Made by a program: the position numbers and the translations under genes. The notes below the pieces were generated by a model, which was not told the origin of the DNA, did not search any database, and worked only from the letters and a program-made list of their open reading frames with translations. From Hydrurus foetidus (lineage: Eukaryota), in assembly GCA_900617105.1 (NCBI GenBank), contig UYFQ01000001.1, positions 3,472,001 to 3,536,000 on the forward strand: 64,000 nt of DNA. Direction: 5' to 3'. Of this stretch, positions 58,433-64,000 are shown piece by piece. Position 1 is the first letter of the stretch. Every line of letters begins with the position of its first letter.

Positions 58433-59746
58433 TCAAGCTTCAACAGCTACCCGCATCGGGTTGTTCGGGTGCGTCGTCCAGTCGGCGTGACCAGCCTGGA
58501 CCTTCTTATTCGTCCTCAAATCAATGTCGCCAATCTCCACCGTGCGCATCGTGATGCATTCTGGCACGGGACAAACGGTTACGCACAGGTTGCAGCCCAC
58601 GCATTCGGCTTCAATCACTTCAAACTTTCGCGCACCATCAACCAGGTTGGTAATGGCCTGGTGCGACGTGTCTTCACACGCAATGTGGCAGCGGCCGCAG
58701 CCAATGCAGGCGTCCTGGTTGATGACGGCTTTTGACACGTGATTGAAGTTCAGATAACGCCAGTCTGACACGGTCGGCACGGCTTTGCCGACAATATCGC
58801 CCACTGATTTAAAGCCCATCTCGTCCATGTAATTGGACAAGCCGTCTTTCATCTCTTGCACAATTTTGAAGCCGTACACCATGGCGGCTGTGCACACTTG
58901 CACCGTGCCAGAACCAAGCGCAATGTAGTCAAGCGCATCACGCCAGGTGCCAATGCCGCCAATGCCTGAAATCGGCATGCCTGCGGTTAGCGGGTCGCGC
59001 GCAATTTCAGCCACCATGTTCAGCGCAATCGGCTTGACGGCGGGGCCGCAGTAGCCGCCGTGTGAGCCTTTGTTGCCAACCGCCGGGCTCATCGTTAATG
59101 TGTACGGGTCAACACCCATAATGGAGTTGATGGTGTTAATGAGCGATACCGCATCAGCCCCGCCGTTTTTGGCCGCGCGCGCTGGCTGGCGAATGTCGGT
59201 GATGTTCGGCGTTAACTTAACGATGACGGGGAGTTTTGAATACTGCTTGCACCACGCGGTGACCATTTGAATGTACTCAGGCACCTGGCCAACGGCTGCG
59301 CCCATTCCGCGCTCGCTCATGCCGTGCGGGCAACCAAAGTTCAGCTCAATGCCGTCTGCGCCGGTGTCTTCAACCCGCGCCAAAATCGCCTTCCACGATG
59401 CTTCTTCGCAAGGCACCATCAGAGACACGATCATCGCGCGGTCAGCCCATTCACGTTTAACTTCGCGGATTTCGCGCAGGTTGATTTCCAGGTCGCGGTC
59501 GGTAATTAATTCAATGTTGTTGAAACCCATCAAGCGGCGGTCTGGCGTGAGCAGTGCGCCGTAGCGCGGCCCGTTGACGTTGACAACCGGCGGGCCAGCT
59601 TCGCCTAAAGTCTTCCAAACCACGCCGCCCCAACCAGCTTCAAAGGCTCTAGTGGCGTTGTAGGCTTTGTCAGTCGGCGGGGCAGACGCCAGCCAAAAAG
59701 GGTTGGGGCTTTTGATGCCTGCAAAGTTGACGCTTAAATCGGCCAT
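58433..59746 (-). CDS. preA: Dihydropyrimidine dehydrogenase subunit PreA
   Basis: NPFWLASAPPTDK, ELNFGCPHGMSERGMG, VKLTPNITD, two C-terminal ferredoxin CxxCxxC motifs. Confidence 0.96.
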   Translation of the reverse strand: MADLSVNFAGIKSPNPFWLASAPPTDKAYNATRAFEAGWGGVVWKTLGEAGPPVVNVNGPRYGALLTPDRRLMGFNNIELITDRDLEINLREIREVKREWADRAMIVSLMVPCEEASWKAILARVEDTGADGIELNFGCPHGMSERGMGAAVGQVPEYIQMVTAWCKQYSKLPVIVKLTPNITDIRQPARAAKNGGADAVSLINTINSIMGVDPYTLTMSPAVGNKGSHGGYCGPAVKPIALNMVAEIARDPLTAGMPISGIGGIGTWRDALDYIALGSGTVQVCTAAMVYGFKIVQEMKDGLSNYMDEMGFKSVGDIVGKAVPTVSDWRYLNFNHVSKAVINQDACIGCGRCHIACEDTSHQAITNLVDGARKFEVIEAECVGCNLCVTVCPVPECITMRTVEIGDIDLRTNKKVQAGHADWTTHPNNPMRVAVEA

Positions 59747-59758
59747 GGTTTGTGTCCT

Positions 59759-61117
59759 TTAAATGCTGGAAAGGTGAGCGTGAATGGCTTTGGCAGACTG
59801 CTTGCCATGCTCCACCGCTTCCACCGTTAAATCTTGCCCGCCTGCGCGGCAGTCGCCTCCTGCCCAGATGCCTTCGAGGTTGGTTTGACCTTCCGCGTCA
59901 GTGGTAATTCGCCCGTTGCTCAAAGTGAAGCCCGCTTCACCTAGCAACGGATTCCCCAGCTTTTGGCCGATGGCTTTGAGCACCATGTCGGCTTCAATCG
60001 TTTCAAACTCGCCCGTGGCTTGCAATTTGCCGCCCACCATCGATTGCTTGGCAAATTTGACAGCACCTACATGGCCAGGTTGGCCACTCGCAGCGATGAT
60101 TTCAACAGGCGCCAGCCAATGGCGAATAGTCACCCCGTTGGTTTGCGCCCACTCTTGCTCTACGCTTGATGAGCTCATCGTTTCTGGCCCACGCCGGTAC
60201 ACCATGTGGACGTTTTCAGCGCCCAGCAAGGCTGACTGCACCGACGCGTCCACAGCCGTCATGCCGCCGCCAATTACCACCACGCGGCGGCCAACGGGCA
60301 GGGTAGCCAGATCTGCGGTTTGGCGCAGCGTGGCGATAAATTCAACCGCGTCCTGCACGCCGGCCAAGTGGCCGCCCGGTACGCCAAGCTGGTGCGTGGT
60401 GGACAGGCCCATGCCTAAAAACAGTGCGTCAAAGTTTTTTTGCAGCACTTGCATTTGCGTGGCGCTTTCTAACTTGTAGCTGCTTTTAATCGTTATGCCG
60501 CCGATGCTCAGCAGCCAGGCAATCTCGCGCTGAGCAAAGTCGTTCGGCGTTTTGTAGCTGGCCAAGCCGTATTCGTTCAAGCCGCCCGCCTTCGGGTTGG
60601 CATCAAAAATCACCACGTCATGGCCCAAGCGCGCGAGGCTGTAGGCGCAGCTCAAACCCGCTGGGCCAGCGCCGACCACCGCCACTTTTTTGCCCGACGG
60701 TGTTGCCCGAGTGAACACCTGCGGATTGGCGCTTTCCATCAGAGCATCTACCGCATGCCGCTGCAATTTGCCAATGGCGACCGGCTTGCCTTCTTGCGCG
60801 ACTTTGACGCACACCGCCTCGCACAGGTTTTCAGTCGGGCACACGCGGGCGCACATGCCGCCCAGCGGGTTGCTGTCCAAAATAGTCGTGGCCGAGCCGC
60901 GCAGGTTGCCGTCAGCAATGCGTTTGATGAACGACGGCACATCAATGCTGGTGGGGCAGGCGGTGGCACACGGCGCGTCGTAGCAGTACAGGCAGCGCTC
61001 GGCCTCCAGCACGGCCTGGGCTTGGGTGAAGCGCGGCGTGGCGTCGGCGAAGCGGCTCGCATATTCAGCGGCACTCAAGCGGCCAGCGCGAACGTCTGGC
61101 TGGGTTAATGTGGTCAT
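59759..61117 (-). CDS. preT: Dihydropyrimidine dehydrogenase subunit PreT (GltD-like)
   Basis: EAERCLYCYDAPCATACPT, CARVCPTENLCE, VVGAGPAG, VVIGGGMTAVD. Start set at ATG 61117. Confidence 0.93.
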   Translation of the reverse strand: MTTLTQPDVRAGRLSAAEYASRFADATPRFTQAQAVLEAERCLYCYDAPCATACPTSIDVPSFIKRIADGNLRGSATTILDSNPLGGMCARVCPTENLCEAVCVKVAQEGKPVAIGKLQRHAVDALMESANPQVFTRATPSGKKVAVVGAGPAGLSCAYSLARLGHDVVIFDANPKAGGLNEYGLASYKTPNDFAQREIAWLLSIGGITIKSSYKLESATQMQVLQKNFDALFLGMGLSTTHQLGVPGGHLAGVQDAVEFIATLRQTADLATLPVGRRVVVIGGGMTAVDASVQSALLGAENVHMVYRRGPETMSSSSVEQEWAQTNGVTIRHWLAPVEIIAASGQPGHVGAVKFAKQSMVGGKLQATGEFETIEADMVLKAIGQKLGNPLLGEAGFTLSNGRITTDAEGQTNLEGIWAGGDCRAGGQDLTVEAVEHGKQSAKAIHAHLSSI

Positions 61118-61167
61118 GGGCTCTGTGGCTCCTGTCGTGGGGGCTATGGTTCGGCGAAGCTCGAAAA

Positions 61168-61217
61168 CTGACCATTCAGTCAAGTTTCAAGCTTTGAATC
61201 TAGCAAACCACGTGCCA
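61168..61217 (-). promoter_or_regulatory. Sigma54 promoter of preT with a downstream RutR-type operator
   Basis: Minus strand TGGCACG-TGGT-TTGCT (61217-61202), a full -24/-12 consensus; CTGACCATTCAGTCAA at 61168-61183. Confidence 0.8.
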
Positions 61218-61286
61218 CTGTGTAAACAGGGTTTGTGCGGAGGCGCGACTAACGTTTGTGAAACAGCGCGTGTTGTTCGCCAATTA

Positions 61287-61340
61287 GCTATACATTTAGT
61301 AGCTTCTCGCGCCTGTACCAATTAGGTAAAAGCATTAAAA
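61287..61340 (+). repeat. Family A repeat (degenerate, intergenic)
   Basis: GCTATACATTTAGTAGCTTCTCGCGCCTGTACCAATTAGGTAAAAGCATTAAAA. Confidence 0.7.
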
Positions 61341-61441
61341 GACCTAAAAAATCAGCAAAAAGCGGTTTGTGCGCCGGCATCGTTCTTGCAGCAAAATCAC
61401 CAAGGCATTTTCTATTCGGCAGACTTAACCCGGAGATCCTC

Positions 61442-62440
61442 ATGCGCCACGCCCACACTTCACTTATGAGCAACCTTTACCGCCGCCGCATTTTGTCAGC
61501 GGCGCTGCTTTTTGGCATGGCGCTGTACGGCACCGCGCTGCACGCCCAAACCAGCACCATCAAACTGATGGTCGGCTTCCCGGCGGGGGGCGGCACAGAC
61601 TCTATTGCGCGCACGCTCGCTGAAAAGCTGGGCCCGCTGCTGGGCACCACGGTGGTGGTTGAAAACAAGGCCGGAGCGGGCGGGCAAATTGCTGCGCAGA
61701 CGCTAAAAGCCGCCGCGCCTGATGGCACGACGTTTTTCTTGTCGCACGACCACACCATTTCCATCTTGCCGCTGGTCGTGAAAAACCCGGGCTTCGACTC
61801 CGCCAAAGACTTTGTGCCGGTGGCCGGTTTTGCCACCTTCGTGAATGCGATGGCTGTGTCTGGCGGAACGCCCGTCAAGTCGTTCAATGAATACGTGGCC
61901 TGGGCCAAAACGCAGGGCAACAAAGGCAACGTCGGCATTCCCGCCCCGGCATCTGTGCCTGAATTTTTGGTCAAAGTGCTGGGTGAAAAGTACAAGCTGG
62001 ACTTGCAATCTGCCCCCTACCGCGGCAGCGCGCCCATGATGGCCGACATGCTTGGCAATCAGATTGGCGCGGGCGTGGCGTCTGTGCCCGACTTTATTGA
62101 AAACCACAAGGCCGGCAAAATCCGCGTGGTGGCCGTGCTCGGCAACACCCGGCAGGCTGCGCTGCCCGATGTGCCCACCTTTGCCGAGCTGGGCCTGGCC
62201 GGTTTTGAAGACGTGCCGTATTACGGCATTTTTGCGCCAGCGGGTACGCCCAAGGCGGTTATTGACCGTTTTTCAAGCGAGCTGGCCAAAGTTGTCGCCA
62301 TGCCCGATGTGAAAGAAAAGCTGACCGCGATGGGCTTGACCGTAGGCCACATGCCGCCCGCTCAGCTGGGCAAAACCGAGCAGGCCTATGCGCAAACCTG
62401 GGCGCGCATCATCAAGGCGAGTGGGTTTCAGGCGCAGTAG
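61442..62440 (+). CDS. Bug / tripartite tricarboxylate transporter substrate-binding protein
   Basis: LMVGFPAGGGTDSIAR, VVVENKAGAGG, APDGTT, PYRGSAP, LPDVPTFAELG; GGAG before ATG 61442. Confidence 0.92.
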   Translation: MRHAHTSLMSNLYRRRILSAALLFGMALYGTALHAQTSTIKLMVGFPAGGGTDSIARTLAEKLGPLLGTTVVVENKAGAGGQIAAQTLKAAAPDGTTFFLSHDHTISILPLVVKNPGFDSAKDFVPVAGFATFVNAMAVSGGTPVKSFNEYVAWAKTQGNKGNVGIPAPASVPEFLVKVLGEKYKLDLQSAPYRGSAPMMADMLGNQIGAGVASVPDFIENHKAGKIRVVAVLGNTRQAALPDVPTFAELGLAGFEDVPYYGIFAPAGTPKAVIDRFSSELAKVVAMPDVKEKLTAMGLTVGHMPPAQLGKTEQAYAQTWARIIKASGFQAQ

Positions 62441-62464
62441 TATTGCGCTATGCGCATATTATTT

Positions 62465-62518
62465 GCTATGTATTCATGAGCAATTTGCGCCTGTATTCAT
62501 TGGGCTACAGCCCTAATA
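62465..62518 (+). repeat. Family A repeat (between convergent genes)
   Basis: GCTATGTATTCATGAGCAATTTGCGCCTGTATTCATTGGGCTACAGCCCTAATA. Confidence 0.8.
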
Positions 62519-62565
62519 CGATACTAAATAACGCCCAAAAACGGCAAAATGCTGGCTTACAAGTC

Positions 62566-64000
62566 CTAAAGCATTTCATCAGGCGCAAACGGCCCAATGA
62601 TGCGCACCATGATCTTCAGGCCCAAGCTGGCGTCTGGCTCGCTGGTGGCATCTGGCAGGCCTGAACCCTGCGGGGCGCGCCAGACCAGCCCACTGCCTTG
62701 GGTTTCAACCTTGTACGCGCCTTTGTTTAACCCCGGCTCAATCATTGCCGTGGCTTCTTTGGCCAGTTTGGCGTTGCGTAACACTACGGCAATCTCACTG
62801 TTTAGCAGTTTTGACCGTAAATCCAGGTTCATGGAACCCACCACCAGCAGGCGGTTATCGACCACCACTGCTTTTGCGTGCAGGCTGGCGCGCGACTCCC
62901 CGCCAGAGCGGCCTACGCTGCCCGACCCGGCGCCAAAGCTGGCAATGGTGCCGCGCTGCTCTGAGCGCATTTCATACAGCTCTACGCCCATGCCCAGCAG
63001 CGCTTTGCGGTAGCGCGCGTAGCCCGCATGGGCGGCCACAGCATCGTTCGACGCCAGCGAGTTGGTCAGCACCCGCACGCGCACGCCGCGGTTTCTGATG
63101 TCTGCAAACTGCTGCATCATCTGCGCGCCGGGCACAAAGTACGGTGACACAATGAGTAGGTCGGTCTGCGCCCGCGCCATCAGGCTGAGCAGGCCATCTA
63201 CGGCCGTGTCTTGCGCTTCTTCTACTGCGTCTGCGTCAGCGGCGATTTTTGAAGGCTCATCTGCCAGCATCGCCGATGCCGCCCAGGTCCAGGTGAGCAG
63301 GGTCAGGTCAATGCTGTCAGGTAGCGCTGAGGTGGCAGCCGGAGCCCTATTAGTCACGGCAGCAACTGCGGAGCTGATCAAACCCTGGTTGGCAGGCGTG
63401 ATTTTTAGTTTAATCGCGTCAATTTCTTCTTCAGTGAGCAGCGACCGCACCGGGTAGGCCAGCGGGTTGTTCCAGTATTTGTCAAAGCTGCCCGACAAGT
63501 CGCGCGTAATACGCCCAGCGGTCAGCACATCCATGTCGACAAAATTCACGCCTTCGCTTTGCCCAAAGTAGGTATCGCCCAGGTTGCGGCCGCCGGTAAT
63601 CGCAATCGCGTTGTCGGCCACAAATATTTTGTTGTGCATGCGCCGTTGCAGGCGCGCCGCGTCGCTTAAGGAGCTGATGATGCGCCACAGGGCTGAGGCG
63701 CGGTTGCTGGGCAGCGGGTTAAACAGCCGCAGCTCAATATTCTTCTCAAAACCCAGTTTGAGCACCTGCGCGTTTTTGCCTGCTGTGTTGAAGTCGTCCA
63801 GCAGTAACCGTACGCGCACGCCTCTAGCTGCGGCTTGTTTCAGGGCATCAAACAGCCTTTCGGTGGTTTCGTCAGCATGTATCGCGTAGTACTGCAAGTC
63901 AAGTGTTTTATCGGCAGCTTTGATCAGCGTCATGCGGCTGGTAAAGGCCAAATCAGCGCTGCCCACCAATGCAAAAGCCGAATCGTTTTTAGTGTTGGCT
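62566..64000 (-). CDS. Phospholipase D family protein (cardiolipin synthase ClsC-like); 5' end outside the window
   Basis: Two HKD motifs (MHNKIFVAD, LHAKAVVVD), LDLQYY, GGRNLGD, SPYFVP, GSMNLD; the frame stays open to the window edge. Confidence 0.9.
   Translation of the reverse strand, partial: ANTKNDSAFALVGSADLAFTSRMTLIKAADKTLDLQYYAIHADETTERLFDALKQAAARGVRVRLLLDDFNTAGKNAQVLKLGFEKNIELRLFNPLPSNRASALWRIISSLSDAARLQRRMHNKIFVADNAIAITGGRNLGDTYFGQSEGVNFVDMDVLTAGRITRDLSGSFDKYWNNPLAYPVRSLLTEEEIDAIKLKITPANQGLISSAVAAVTNRAPAATSALPDSIDLTLLTWTWAASAMLADEPSKIAADADAVEEAQDTAVDGLLSLMARAQTDLLIVSPYFVPGAQMMQQFADIRNRGVRVRVLTNSLASNDAVAAHAGYARYRKALLGMGVELYEMRSEQRGTIASFGAGSGSVGRSGGESRASLHAKAVVVDNRLLVVGSMNLDLRSKLLNSEIAVVLRNAKLAKEATAMIEPGLNKGAYKVETQGSGLVWRAPQGSGLPDATSEPDASLGLKIMVRIIGPFAPDEML

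Noticed and set aside
61314..61330. TGTACCAATTAGGTAAA as an NtrC site upstream of the preT sigma54 promoter
   Set aside because: Several mismatches to TGCACC-N5-GGTGCA and it lies within a degenerate family A repeat, so it cannot be distinguished from chance.

Overview
Chromosomal window from a GC-rich betaproteobacterium (gene content and repeats suggest Comamonadaceae; this is inference) that makes bacteriochlorophyll. 1-12.8 kb is the edge of a photosynthesis gene cluster: bchH (partial), bchB, bchN, bchF, divergent aerR-ppsR, a second degenerate ppsR paralogue, bchG-bchP and a HiPIP, with readable PpsR boxes and apparently leaderless promoters. Next come housekeeping genes (rep, priA, hemE, a DsbD-like protein with a redoxin) interrupted by a defence-type islet (PIN + XRE/ImmA peptidase, divergent from a single-chain restriction-modification enzyme) and a Phd/ParE pair. 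Then a radical SAM gene, a photolyase, a MocR-regulated PhzF/GST/aminotransferase cluster and a lipoprotein HiPIP. A sigma54/RutR-type reductive pyrimidine utilisation cluster (ABC transporter, rutR, codA-like, pydC, hydA, preA, preT) is split by an islet of two toxin-antitoxin pairs around an inverted-repeat-bounded, low-GC STAND-like ATPase. A ~50-bp palindromic repeat occurs at least 17 times, six of them in frame inside genes; in two exported proteins it encodes the core and cleavage site of the signal peptide. No rRNA, tRNA, CRISPR array, transposase or integrase was seen. All calls are by eye, without database searches.
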